From contig CAZHWT010000004.1 in the NCBI GenBank assembly GCA_964536215.1, positions 1-60,716 of the forward strand: a stretch of DNA of 60,716 nucleotides. The letters run 5' to 3'. The notes beneath the pieces were generated by a model that was not told the DNA's origin, did no database searches, and was given only the letters and a program-made list of their open reading frames with translations. A program made the translations under genes and the position numbers. Source of the stretch: an uncultured Candidatus Saccharibacteria bacterium. GTDB taxonomy: Bacteria; Patescibacteriota; CAZHWT01. Shown here piece by piece: positions 9,432 through 18,524 of this stretch (within the stretch, counting starts at the first letter, position 1; the number at the start of each line of letters is the position of its first letter).

Positions 9432-10106
9432 ATGTACAATAGAGAAAACAGTCAGACAATACATCAAACCACCAACCCCCTACTTATTGCCAAGCAACAA
9501 AAAGTCCACAATATTCTTGACCGGCTTTACACCCTTTGGCCAGAGCCCAAAACGGAATTGGTTTACACTAATCCTTTACAGCTATTGGTCGCGACCATGC
9601 TTTCGGCCAAAACTCTAGATAAAACCGTCAATATGGTCACGCCTGCCTTGTTTGCCCGTTACCAAACCGCCGCCGATTTCGCCAATGCCGACTTTGCCGA
9701 GCTTGATAAACTCATTGCCAAAATCAACTTTCATCGCACTAAGTCAGCTACTATCATCGCCGCCTGCCACATCATCGCTACTCAGCACCACGGCCAGGTT
9801 CCTCAAACTATGGCCGAGCTGGATGCTTTGCCCGGCGTGGCCCGCAAAACAGCCAACGTCGTCATGGGCAACGCCTTCAACAACCCTCAAGGCATAGCCG
9901 TCGACACCCACGTTGGCCGACTATCCCGCAATTATGGCCTAACCACTCACACCGACCCCGTCAAAATTGAACAGGATCTCATGGCCATCGTCCCCAAACA
10001 ACACTGGATTGCCTTCTCCCACCTCCTCATCCTCTACGGCCGCTACCACTGCCCCGCCCGCAAACCCCGTCACGAGTGTGAATTATTGGCCGATCTATGC
10101 GTCTAA
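9432..10106 (+). CDS. nth: endonuclease III (HhH-GPD DNA glycosylase/AP lyase)
   Basis: HhH motif LPGVARKTANVV, catalytic-region VDTHV, C-terminal Cys cluster. Confidence 0.9.
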   Translation: MYNRENSQTIHQTTNPLLIAKQQKVHNILDRLYTLWPEPKTELVYTNPLQLLVATMLSAKTLDKTVNMVTPALFARYQTAADFANADFAELDKLIAKINFHRTKSATIIAACHIIATQHHGQVPQTMAELDALPGVARKTANVVMGNAFNNPQGIAVDTHVGRLSRNYGLTTHTDPVKIEQDLMAIVPKQHWIAFSHLLILYGRYHCPARKPRHECELLADLCV

Positions 10107-10119
10107 GTCTCCCCTTAAC

Positions 10120-10190
10120 GTCAATCCAGCGCAGGCTGGAATCTGATTCTCAATTCGCCCCGATCCAGTCGAGGTCAGATCAAGAATGAC
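10120..10190 (+). repeat. D-C hairpin composite, degenerate copy
   Basis: GTCAATCCAGCGCAGGCTGGAATCTGATTCTCAAT...CAAGAATGACAAC is colinear with 35582-35631; the D stem keeps pairing through a compensatory C:G to A:T change. Confidence 0.75.
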
Positions 10191-10244
10191 AACCGAGAAA
10201 AATCCATCAAAGGTGTATAATTCCATAAACCTTACTCATCTGCG

Positions 10245-10284
10245 ATCCAACTTGCCAACTTGCCTACTTGCCAACTTGCCTACT
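10245..10284 (+). repeat. octamer array TGCCAACT/TGCCTACT x5, ending 4 nt before the ung start codon
   Basis: ATCCAACT TGCCAACT TGCCTACT TGCCAACT TGCCTACT then AATC ATG. Confidence 0.85.
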
Positions 10285-10288
10285 AATC

Positions 10289-10954
10289 ATGTCCGACGTT
10301 AACCTCAATCCCACCTGGAAAGCCGCGCTACAATCAGAATTCACCAAAGACTACTGGCTCACCCTCACCAACAAAGTCCGTCAGGATATCCAGACCACTC
10401 AAGTCTTTCCGCCGCCAGCCAATATCTTTCGCGCCTTCGACCTCTGCCCATTCGACCAGGTCAAAGTAGTCATCGTCGGCCAGGACCCCTACCACGGCCC
10501 AGGTCAAGCCAACGGGCTATCTTTTGCCGTCAATGAGGGCGTCGCCCTACCGCCTTCACTTAAAAACATTTTTAAAGAAATCCACAATGACCTCAATATT
10601 GACCCGCTACCTTCTGGCGACTTATCCCGTTGGGCCAAACAAGGCGTCCTCATGCTCAACAGCGTCTTAACCGTCAAAGCCCGCCAACCCGCCTCGCACG
10701 CCAAACTCGGCTGGGAACAATTCACCGACGCCGCCATCCAAGCTCTCAATGCCGAACGAACCCACATTGTCTACATGCTCTGGGGAAAATACGCTCAACA
10801 AAAAGGTCAAACCATTAACCGCGACAACAATTTAGTCCTACAATCCGCCCACCCTTCACCGCTAGCCGGCAACGCCTTCTTCGGTCACCACCACTTCAGT
10901 CAGTGCAACCAGTATTTAGAGCAATTTAATCCGCCGGCTATTGATTGGAGATAA
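10289..10954 (+). CDS. ung: uracil-DNA glycosylase, family 1
   Basis: GQDPYHG water-activating loop and HPSPL motif; ATG at 10289 (the ORF track TTG at 10268 lies inside the octamer array). Confidence 0.92.
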   Translation: MSDVNLNPTWKAALQSEFTKDYWLTLTNKVRQDIQTTQVFPPPANIFRAFDLCPFDQVKVVIVGQDPYHGPGQANGLSFAVNEGVALPPSLKNIFKEIHNDLNIDPLPSGDLSRWAKQGVLMLNSVLTVKARQPASHAKLGWEQFTDAAIQALNAERTHIVYMLWGKYAQQKGQTINRDNNLVLQSAHPSPLAGNAFFGHHHFSQCNQYLEQFNPPAIDWR

Positions 10955-11013
10955 AATAGGTAGCAAGGCAGCGAGAGAGAGTTGTGAATAGGGAGTTGTG
11001 AGTTTGGCAGCTT

Positions 11014-11095
11014 GTCATTCTGAGGCTTGCCGAAGAATCTTCCATCTATAATGTCTGTACACCTTAGGAGATCCTTCGCAGTAGCTCAGGATGAC
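11014..11095. repeat. inverted pair of D-type hairpins (GTCATYCTGAGS-loop-GAAGRATC)
   Basis: 11014-11039 forward and 11070-11095 reverse; the stems differ by paired substitutions (ATTCT/AGAAT versus ATCCT/AGGAT). Confidence 0.75.
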
Positions 11096-11107
11096 TCCCC
11101 CACTTGT

Positions 11108-11153
11108 GTCATTCTCGACCAGACCCCGATTGAATCGGGGTGAATCGAGAATC
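11108..11153 (+). repeat. hairpin C (GTCATTCTCGAC...TCGAGAATC) with hairpin B nested in its loop
   Basis: B unit CCCCGATTGAATCGGGG at 11124-11140 sits between the C arms. Confidence 0.85.
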
Positions 11154-11243
11154 TCTTGCGAGGCTATTGGTTATTAGTTACTTAGTTACTTGGATTAGGG
11201 TTGCGAAGTATGATATACGATTTGCGATCTACCGATTGCTCTC

Positions 11244-11327
11244 GTTGTCATTCTCGACCCGATCGAGAATCCCTTGCAGGGCTATTGGTTATTTCCTCCA
11301 CTGGCGAAACAGAGTTACTTGGACAAG
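11244..11327 (+). repeat. C-A composite element (C hairpin + TTGCAGGGCTATTGGTTATTTCC + degenerate A hairpin + AGAGTTACTTGGACAAG)
   Basis: colinear with the reverse complements of 19582-19660 and 23695-23743 + 23843-23870. Confidence 0.85.
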
Positions 11328-11330
11328 TTT

Positions 11331-11372
11331 CGATGTACGATTAACGATTAACGATATACGATATACGATGAG
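11331..11372 (+). repeat. heptad array CGATNNN x6
   Basis: CGATGTA CGATTAA CGATTAA CGATATA CGATATA CGATGAG. Confidence 0.85.
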
Positions 11373-11393
11373 CCCCACTTAAATCAGGGTAAA

Positions 11394-12338
11394 CTAATTC
11401 TGCCCTCGCTTAACCTGCTCCGTCTTAACCGTCATATTCCGCTCGGTGTGGCGGTTAATCTCTTGCGCCGTCACCATAGCATTGCGCATCTGCTCTTGCA
11501 GATCATTCATACCAGACGGTGAGTGAGGTACCAAAATGGTATTTGTCTTACTGGCGTTGCTCACTTCCTTAAGCGTATCAAAATACTGGGTCATCAAAAC
11601 CAAATTCATCACTTCCTGAGCCGAGGTTCCATCTACCGAAGTACTAAACTCTTCCACTGACTCACGCAACCCCTCAATAATCGCCTTGCGCTGGTTGGCG
11701 ATACCTTGCCCCTGCAACGCTTTACTCTCAGCCTCACCCTCGGCCGCCTTAACTACTCTAATCTTCTCCGCCTCCGCCTGCTGAATAGCCGCCTCCCGCA
11801 ACCGTTGCGACGCATTAATCTCATTCATGCTACTCTTTACTTTTGAGTCAGGATCAATATCAGTCACTAGTGTCTTCATAATCCCATAGCCAAAATCATC
11901 CATCACCTGATCCAGCTCACCCTTAACCGCCTGAGCAATATCATCTTTCATCAAGAACAGCTCATCCAAGGTAATCCCTGGCACTCGAGCCCGAACCGTA
12001 TCAAAAACAAACGAAGTAATTTGAGCTTGAGGACTTTGTAGACGATAAAAAGCATCCACCACCTTATTCGACAAAACGTGGTACTGCACACTAACAATCA
12101 CGAACACAAACACGTTATCTTTAGTCTTGGTCTCTACTCGCACATCCAACTGCTGCACCCGCAGACTCAATCGCCCAGCTACCCGGTCAATCAACGGGAT
12201 TTTAAAATTTAACCCCGCCGGAGCTATCCGTACAAACTTACCAAACCGTTCTATTACTGCCGCCGTCTGCTGCTTAACTGTAAACAACCCAGTCAACAAT
12301 AATAAAACAATAACCGCTAAAACAATACCAAAGAACAT
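11394..12338 (-). CDS. SPFH/band-7 (stomatin/prohibitin-like) membrane protein
   Basis: N-terminal TM span, then an SPFH core and a coiled-coil AEAEKIRVVKAAEGEAES segment; AAGGAG RBS. Confidence 0.9.
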   Translation of the reverse strand: MFFGIVLAVIVLLLLTGLFTVKQQTAAVIERFGKFVRIAPAGLNFKIPLIDRVAGRLSLRVQQLDVRVETKTKDNVFVFVIVSVQYHVLSNKVVDAFYRLQSPQAQITSFVFDTVRARVPGITLDELFLMKDDIAQAVKGELDQVMDDFGYGIMKTLVTDIDPDSKVKSSMNEINASQRLREAAIQQAEAEKIRVVKAAEGEAESKALQGQGIANQRKAIIEGLRESVEEFSTSVDGTSAQEVMNLVLMTQYFDTLKEVSNASKTNTILVPHSPSGMNDLQEQMRNAMVTAQEINRHTERNMTVKTEQVKRGQN

Positions 12339-12428
12339 ATATCTCCTTTTCTCCAGCCATAGCCGGTTTATGCCTGTAGTATAGCACGGAAGCGAACAAT
12401 ATTTGCACGCCCGCTCCCGTTCGGTTCA

Positions 12429-12719
12429 CGATTAGCGATTAGCGATTAGCGATTAGCGATTAGTGATTAGTGATTAGCGATTAAGGGAATTTTAGCACTA
12501 GTGGTGTTTTATTTTTGCATCTTGAACCTTTATTTGGCATTTGGACTCTTGTTCCTTGGCATTTGCATACCCTACTCGCCTACTTGTCGACTCTGTTATT
12601 GGTTATTAGCTACTTTCCGCCAGAGGCGGACAGGAGTTAGTTCGTTTATTCGTTGATTCGATGCTCCGTTATTCGAACCTCGTGTCCCCCCTTCCTCCTG
12701 CAGCCTCCGGTTGCATACC
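12429..12719 (+). repeat. mosaic intergenic element, copy D (most complete)
   Basis: (CGATTAG)x5 + (TGATTAG)x2 + CGATTAA 12429-12484; core 12478-12570; octamers; hairpin A 12616-12630; TTCGTTTATTCG; box CCTTCCTCCTGCAGCCTCCGGTTGCATACC 12690-12719. Confidence 0.92.
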
Positions 12720-12746
12720 GTATACTACAAACACCACGCTATCAAC

Positions 12747-13526
12747 ATGATCATCCTCCTCCACTCCTCCAAAACCATGCGCTCTTCGCATCATTCACCA
12801 GAATTGACGAAACCTCAGCTTTTCGACAAAGCTAGCCAGCTTGGGTCCTATTTAAAAACTCTCTCGCCAAAGCAAATTGCCAAGACTATGCAGGTATCTC
12901 CCGCCTTGGCCAGCAAAACACACACCATCATTTCAAATTGGGATACAAATCCGGATAACCAATCCGCTGCCATCGACAGTTTTATCGGCGATATCTACAG
13001 CGGTTTGCAGGCCGATACATTCTCGATAGATGACCGCCACTACGCTCAAAAACACCTCCGCATTCTCTCTGGCCTCTATGGCATTCTCCGCCCACTCGAC
13101 GGTGTCATGCCATACCGGCTCGAAATGGCCTACAAACTTCCCAGTCCAAAATTCACCAACCTTTACAACTTCTGGGGAACCTCAATAGTCGACACTCTGC
13201 CCCAAGGCGAACTCATCGTCAATACCTCATCCGTCGAATACACTCGCACCATCACCCCCTACATCAATCCCAACAACCTTATCACTCCAACCTTCCTAAC
13301 CCTCAATCCCAAAACCAATCAACCGACCCAAGTTGTCGTTCACACCAAAATCGCCCGCGGCGCCTTCGCCCGCTGGCTCATTACCACCAAAACGACAGAC
13401 CCAACCCAGCTAGACCAATTCAACCTCCTCAACTACCACTTCGATCCAACCCGCAGCACTCTCCAAAATCCTACCTATATTTGCCCAACCTTCGGCGGCA
13501 TCGGCCTCAGCATGCGACTAAAGTAA
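12747..13526 (+). CDS. yaaA: YaaA/DUF328 peroxide-stress protein
   Basis: N-terminus MIILLHSSKTM and the overall length match the UPF0246 family; upstream ORF-track residues lie inside the repeat. Confidence 0.85.
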   Translation: MIILLHSSKTMRSSHHSPELTKPQLFDKASQLGSYLKTLSPKQIAKTMQVSPALASKTHTIISNWDTNPDNQSAAIDSFIGDIYSGLQADTFSIDDRHYAQKHLRILSGLYGILRPLDGVMPYRLEMAYKLPSPKFTNLYNFWGTSIVDTLPQGELIVNTSSVEYTRTITPYINPNNLITPTFLTLNPKTNQPTQVVVHTKIARGAFARWLITTKTTDPTQLDQFNLLNYHFDPTRSTLQNPTYICPTFGGIGLSMRLK

Positions 13527-13962
13527 CGCTTCAACAATACGGAAAAGTGCCACAAATTATTCGTGCAACCATGAACCGAATCCTATCAGGCACTTCGCTC
13601 TCCCCATGGCAGAAAATCCACTAAAAACGAAATCCGAAAAACTCATTCGAACCCCCACTTCCCAAAAACAAATAATTCATCTACAATAACAACTGGCCCA
13701 AAAACAGCCAGCCTTGGGAAGATCGTCACAGCACCATCCCTTTTACCCAATTTTATATACAACCTCTATCTCCAGTCATCTGTCGACTGATTTGAAAACT
13801 CCTGATCACTTTGACAGCAATTGGGTTGTCAAAACGACCAGGATGTAAGATAGTGCCGGCCAAAACAGCCGGCACTATTACCAGGAGTGTGGATGGACAT
13901 TCGCGCCCCACCTAGCCCAGCAATGAACTAAAAACATTCATTGCAAGGTGAAGGGGATCCTC

Positions 13963-14535
13963 GTGAAAAAATTCTTATTGGCAATGAGTCTGGTTTTGGC
14001 GTTAGTCAGCATGGCTGCTCCGGCCAACGCCCAAGACTCTTCTCTCTACGCCGCTGCACCCATCGGACTACACTTGCGGTCTGGCCCTAGTCTTAGTGCA
14101 TCGATCATTGATCTGATGCCGTATGGCAGTAGCGTGGAAGCCATGAGCCAAACTTCTGGCGCATGGCAAAAAGTCAAATTCAACCAGAACATCGGCTGGG
14201 CCTACAGTGATTGGCTCAGTCCAGAGCCGGTCCAAGCACTCTCCAGTCAAACCAGTGGAGGCTACGCTCAAGGCTCCATGGAGGGTATTATCCGAGAGGC
14301 TGCCGCCCGCTACGGCGTAGACGGAGATTGGCTACTCGCAGTCGCCATCTGCGAATCATCGCTCAACCCCAGCACCGTTGGACCCAACGGCGAAATCGGT
14401 CTATTCCAGTTTATGGAATCCACCTACTGGGGCTACGGTGGTCAAGGCGATATCTGGAATCCCTACAACCAAGCGGATCTGGCCGCCCGCATGTTCTCGC
14501 AAGGCCTCAGCTATCACTGGACCTGCGCCAGATAG
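13963..14535 (+). CDS. secreted SH3b + SLT-type lytic transglycosylase
   Basis: signal peptide VKKFLLAMSLVLALVSMAAPANA; SH3b-like segment; SLT motif AICESSLNP...GLFQF; the GTG at 13963 has AAGGGG 6 nt upstream. Confidence 0.8.
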   Translation: MKKFLLAMSLVLALVSMAAPANAQDSSLYAAAPIGLHLRSGPSLSASIIDLMPYGSSVEAMSQTSGAWQKVKFNQNIGWAYSDWLSPEPVQALSSQTSGGYAQGSMEGIIREAAARYGVDGDWLLAVAICESSLNPSTVGPNGEIGLFQFMESTYWGYGGQGDIWNPYNQADLAARMFSQGLSYHWTCAR

Positions 14536-14631
14536 CCACCCACTTCCGCGGACTACCTTGTAGTCAAGTGGCCATGGGGCACAACACCCCATGGCCACTC
14601 GTATAAACCATTAACATCTCCAGCTCCCTGG

Positions 14632-15060
14632 TCAATCTAACCAACTCTTCAGAGACTCAAGATCTGCAAAAATTTCATCAAAAATACAGTACAACGAATC
14701 TGTCTTCTCCACCGGCCCAACCGCGTAACACTTTTTACCTAACCCATACGCCACTCCAGCCTCAATATGCCCAGCATTACCTGCCGGCAATACCAATAAA
14801 AAGTTTTCTGCTTTCTTCTCGGCCTCTATATCCGTATCAAAAATCTGCCGCACAAAGGGGTGACTCAGCGGCAATTCTTCAAACTGTTGCATTAGCTCTT
14901 CCGGATTACCATCAATAGCAAAAGCTACAGCGGAGTCTTTATAATCCGACTCAAGAAAGCAATACGCGGATTTACCGCTATCCCGCACCGCCTCTAGCAC
15001 TGCCAAAATCTCATCCTTATTCCGCCACCGCCCTGCAATAAAAAAATCAAAATGCCCCAT
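14632..15060 (-). CDS. nucleoside 2-deoxyribosyltransferase-like protein
   Basis: FFIAGRWRN N-terminus and LPAGNAGHIEAGVAYGLGK resemble the NDT-fold family. Confidence 0.5.
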   Translation of the reverse strand: MGHFDFFIAGRWRNKDEILAVLEAVRDSGKSAYCFLESDYKDSAVAFAIDGNPEELMQQFEELPLSHPFVRQIFDTDIEAEKKAENFLLVLPAGNAGHIEAGVAYGLGKKCYAVGPVEKTDSLYCIFDEIFADLESLKSWLD

Positions 15061-15098
15061 ATAACGACCTAATTATTACCACCACTATACCAAAAATA

Positions 15099-15135
15099 TA
15101 TTATATAATAAAATTATTTTTATTATATAATACTT
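15099..15135. promoter_or_regulatory. inverted pair of the TTATTATATAATA motif (same arms as 4426-4461)
   Basis: TATTATATAATAA 15099-15111 and TTATTATATAATACTT 15120-15135; 40-75 bp upstream of the start at 15060. Confidence 0.5.
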
Positions 15136-15239
15136 CTAAAACACCGCAGATAAATGTCGTTAAGATCATGTAAAAATCACAGCAAAGTGTGCGTACCGCA
15201 GGTCTCAAGAAACGTTCTTGAGACCTGCAGCTTCTCACC

Positions 15240-15686
15240 CTACTGACCGTCCCACAAACGAGAACTTGGGACAAACACAGAATGATGTGGGCCAATCTCA
15301 TCCAAGACGGCCAGAGTTTGCTGTCGCCAGCGCTCATCCCAACGCTGCTGACTACCAGCAGCACGACAAGCTTCAGCTTCAGATTGGTCGAGAAACAACC
15401 CGACAACAGGGCTAGTATGTCCACCCCAATAGAACATATTTACCAGCTCTGCCTCAACAAGCTTACCACGATCGTAAAGTACTACCCCGCGCTTTCTGGT
15501 AATACCCACTGTGTGACCATCCCGCAAACGGAATGGCACCTCTTTATCGCTTGGGAGACTTGCCGGATAAATCCGCTCAACCGATGGCCAATTGTCAGGT
15601 CCCCAAAATTCATCGGAAATCCGATAAATTGACCCTGAACGAGTCACCGCGTAAAACACATGCATCGGACCATCTGTCTTAACCAC
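15240..15686 (-). CDS. hypothetical protein
   Basis: 148-aa ORF; GTG start preceded by AAAGGAG with 7-nt spacing. Confidence 0.6.
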   Translation of the reverse strand: MVKTDGPMHVFYAVTRSGSIYRISDEFWGPDNWPSVERIYPASLPSDKEVPFRLRDGHTVGITRKRGVVLYDRGKLVEAELVNMFYWGGHTSPVVGLFLDQSEAEACRAAGSQQRWDERWRQQTLAVLDEIGPHHSVFVPSSRLWDGQ

Positions 15687-15904
15687 AGCTCTACTCCTTT
15701 GAGCTATAATCTCTGCACCTCAGAGATATCTCATGACCCGAATTATAGCACTAGTATAGAAAAGGACAAAAAGTACGCTTATCGGCTGAGCTGTATTTTT
15801 ACCGCGTCTCCAATCAACTCTTCCACCAAAGCCAAAATCAAACGCATTGCCTGACCCGTCAGAGAACTGAAAAAGGCTAATCTCAAATAGTTATACTCAA
15901 ATAT

Positions 15905-15941
15905 AAAAAATGGAGGCCGGTCCCATTAGAACGTGCCTCCA
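15905..15941 (-). terminator. rho-independent terminator of the 15957-16616 gene
   Basis: minus-strand stem ATGGAGGC/GCCTCCAT followed by TTTTTT. Confidence 0.75.
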
Positions 15942-15956
15942 TCGAGTCGCTTATAT

Positions 15957-16616
15957 TTACTTGTTAGCAATGTGCCAATACACATTGCCGCCTGAATACA
16001 CTGGCTGCTCTCCCGCCGCTCGAGATACTACTCGCAGTGTCCCATCCAACCAACTCGTCATGACGACCGTTGGCAACAACTCAATGGGATCGCAATTCTT
16101 AAGCACTAGCCTGGTTGGTTGAGTCACTATCCAGGCTAAAGTCTCGCCAGTAGGGCAGTCTGTTTGGCAATCGATAGACTGATCAAACGTGTCGCCGAGT
16201 GGCTGGATATATTTATCCAAAGGCCACAGACTGACCAACACTGGGCCATCCTGCCTAAAGATCGAATAGTAGTCTCTCCGTGCAATATGCCTCTGTTTAA
16301 CCTTGCCGTCCTCGACCCAAGCGAGATAAACGCCTGGAGCTGTGACCATAAGGTCTACAGACTGACCATCACCGGGCCACACCAACACGGTGTCAAAATC
16401 AATGGCCCCATCAATGGTTATGAACGGATGCATATTGGCGTAACCACCGCACCCGGTACAATAGGCCGCAATCTTGGCTAAAAAGCCTATCGGGAATACC
16501 GTTTCCGCCGCGGTCGGCTGAATGATATTCACGCCGTCACCAGATTGAGCGGCTACTGCTGAGCCCTGGCAAGCCATAAAAAGTAACACAAACAGTAGTA
16601 AGCGAACTCGACCCAT
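15957..16616 (-). CDS. secreted hypothetical protein
   Basis: the ATG at 16616 gives signal peptide MGRVRLLLFVLLFMACQGSAVAA; a terminator lies downstream. Confidence 0.6.
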   Translation of the reverse strand: MGRVRLLLFVLLFMACQGSAVAAQSGDGVNIIQPTAAETVFPIGFLAKIAAYCTGCGGYANMHPFITIDGAIDFDTVLVWPGDGQSVDLMVTAPGVYLAWVEDGKVKQRHIARRDYYSIFRQDGPVLVSLWPLDKYIQPLGDTFDQSIDCQTDCPTGETLAWIVTQPTRLVLKNCDPIELLPTVVMTSWLDGTLRVVSRAAGEQPVYSGGNVYWHIANK

Positions 16617-16848
16617 GACTTGAACTCCGTCCACGAATATTGACGCACGACGCGTCAATTCACGTCAGAATAGTATCATATATAACTAGAAAGTGCAACA
16701 CTATAGGACTAAAAACTGATCAATTTGTGTAATCGCCATTCTAAAACCAAAATCTGGCAATCTATTTAACAGCGTCATCAAACTAGGTTGCCGCAGATCA
16801 TTCATATTGATGGGCGCAAACCTAAAGACAAAACACCATCTTACTCAA

Positions 16849-17205
16849 TTAACCTTCTCCATCCAGCGCCACTGCCTGTAAAATTACTCGACGTAACTTC
16901 TCTTCATCAACAACCTCATCCTTAGTCAAATTAATCGACCGATGTGACTTGGAATCAAGGCCGCTATTAAATAACCCCAAACCATCCAGCTGTGCGCCGT
17001 GAAAAAAGTTAATTTTAACATGGTCCTTAAAAGCCGAAATAGCCATAATCATCCTCTTGCCCACAAAAATCGGCACATCCCACTTCCAATCTTCGGTCAA
17101 ATCAGGAGCTGTTTCATGAATAAAATTCCGGTAATAAGCCAACTTCTCACCACGCCAATCACTCAGTTCCGCCACATAGGCATCGACTCGCTCATTAGTA
17201 GACAT
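16849..17205 (-). CDS. DUF1801 (YdhG-like) domain protein
   Basis: 118 aa; W..E.KW..P.F..... and KDHV.I.F pattern of the family; 13 nt downstream of the preceding gene. Confidence 0.72.
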   Translation of the reverse strand: MSTNERVDAYVAELSDWRGEKLAYYRNFIHETAPDLTEDWKWDVPIFVGKRMIMAISAFKDHVKINFFHGAQLDGLGLFNSGLDSKSHRSINLTKDEVVDEEKLRRVILQAVALDGEG

Positions 17206-17217
17206 ATAACCTCACTT

Positions 17218-17661
17218 TCATGACTTGATTTCCTGCCGCGGCGCATCCGGAAAAGCAGCCGGGTCAATCAGCACCAACCTATCAGCTGTGAATTTATAAA
17301 TCGCCTCAGTCGCCTGGCCCTCGGCTGTCAGTTTAAACAATCTCTCTGGATTAGCTCCAAATCGATGACTATAAATCTCATGTGCCTTCGCAATCGCCTC
17401 ACCACTCAAAGCATTAGCCTTCCCTTCGGCATGAAAGCACTGGAACTTCTCCTCATTCAGCAACGTCCCCATGGCTATTAATCCATTAGCCTCAACCGCC
17501 TGTGAGTGACGACTCTTCCTGGACGACGTCCAATAAAAATTAAACTTCTCATCAAAAGCCACATGCACACTACACAACTGCGGCCGCCCCTCCCAGACCG
17601 TCGCCAGCTGCATCACCGGGTGATTATTCAAATGTTCTTTAAGCGCTTCTTTAATATCCAT
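17218..17661 (-). CDS. pyridoxamine 5'-phosphate oxidase-family (FMN split-barrel) protein
   Basis: MQLATV...P....V.F core; the ATG at 17661 has AGGAGG 6 nt upstream. Confidence 0.75.
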   Translation of the reverse strand: MDIKEALKEHLNNHPVMQLATVWEGRPQLCSVHVAFDEKFNFYWTSSRKSRHSQAVEANGLIAMGTLLNEEKFQCFHAEGKANALSGEAIAKAHEIYSHRFGANPERLFKLTAEGQATEAIYKFTADRLVLIDPAAFPDAPRQEIKS

Positions 17662-17726
17662 ACTCAACCTCCTAGGCAACGTATTTAATCTATAGTAACA
17701 AATATCATTACATAAAATTCAAATGT

Positions 17727-17754
17727 AAAAGGCGGCACCCCAAAAGGTGCCGCC
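17727..17754 (-). terminator. rho-independent terminator of the 17775-18179 gene
   Basis: minus-strand stem GGCGGCACC/GGTGCCGCC followed by TTTTACATTT. Confidence 0.75.
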
Positions 17755-17774
17755 CTGTGCACACAACCACCTTT

Positions 17775-18179
17775 TCAATTGAATATCGCCTCAAAAAGGG
17801 GCGGTGCTACAACTTGACAGTACTGAGGCCCGAACGTCAAATCTAAACCGCGTCTATCAAAACCATGGTCTTTCCACCATTGGGCCGCACATCTTCCTTG
17901 CTCATCCTTAACCTCCAGCAAGGCAATAGCATCGACCGCTGATACGGAAAATCCGCCAATATTATCTTGGTCCGGCTCCCCACTCAACACACCCAGAAGC
18001 ACTGATGTCTCCCCATAAAAAATTATGGGAAACTCAACTCCCACCCACATGCTTCTGACTTCATAAGGAGCCTCTCCCGATGGAATGGCGATAATCCGGG
18101 CCCGTGGAACAATCCCGGGCGGCAAACCAAACCGCAACTCAATCTTTCGAATGACAGCCTCCATCGCCTCGTTTGTCAT
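17775..18179 (-). CDS. hypothetical protein
   Basis: 134-aa ORF with AGGAG RBS 7 nt upstream and its own terminator. Confidence 0.62.
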   Translation of the reverse strand: MTNEAMEAVIRKIELRFGLPPGIVPRARIIAIPSGEAPYEVRSMWVGVEFPIIFYGETSVLLGVLSGEPDQDNIGGFSVSAVDAIALLEVKDEQGRCAAQWWKDHGFDRRGLDLTFGPQYCQVVAPPLFEAIFN

Positions 18180-18347
18180 CTTCTATCTCCTGTCGAAGCA
18201 ACATTCTGGTCAGCCGTGATTATATGCGCTCACCTCTGCTAAAACAAGCCTCAATATAGCAGATACTACTCATGATCTAAATTACGATACGAACTTACTC
18301 CGCACGTCGGATGTCAGTATCTATTCCAGCACCGGCAAAGCTATAAA

Positions 18348-18363
18348 CCCCGATTAAATCGGG
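18348..18363. repeat. hairpin family B copy
   Basis: CCCCGATTAAATCGGG. Confidence 0.8.
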
Positions 18364-18480
18364 TTAAACCATAAGATACGACTTTCGGAACATGGTAGCT
18401 CAGAGAAGTTCGGGAATATTTTACCCAATCAGACATGGGCTATAGCCATAAACACCGCTTTAATCAAAGTAAATCAAAAA

Positions 18481-18517
18481 TTTAACACCGTTAAACTTAT
18501 TTGTTAAGTGGTATAAT
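18481..18517 (+). promoter_or_regulatory. palindrome TTTAACACCGTTAAA + 16 nt + TGGTATAAT promoter
   Basis: palindrome 18481-18495; TATAAT 18512-18517; in-frame GTG at 18525 lies 7 nt after the -10 box. Confidence 0.6.
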
Positions 18518-18524
18518 CACTCCC

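Noticed and set aside
12531-12570. Sigma-54 promoter-like TTGGCAT...TTGCAT in the core module
   Set aside because: The GG and GC elements are not separated by the required spacing (TGGCAC-N5-TTGC). The two TTGGCATTT boxes are about 22 bp apart, and TGGCATTTGCAT has no spacer.
12666-12685. tRNA-like T-arm motif GGTTCGAAT (reverse strand) within the repeat TTCGTTATTCGAACC
   Set aside because: The flanking bases cannot form a T stem or an acceptor stem. The motif is part of the TTCGTTA heptad family.
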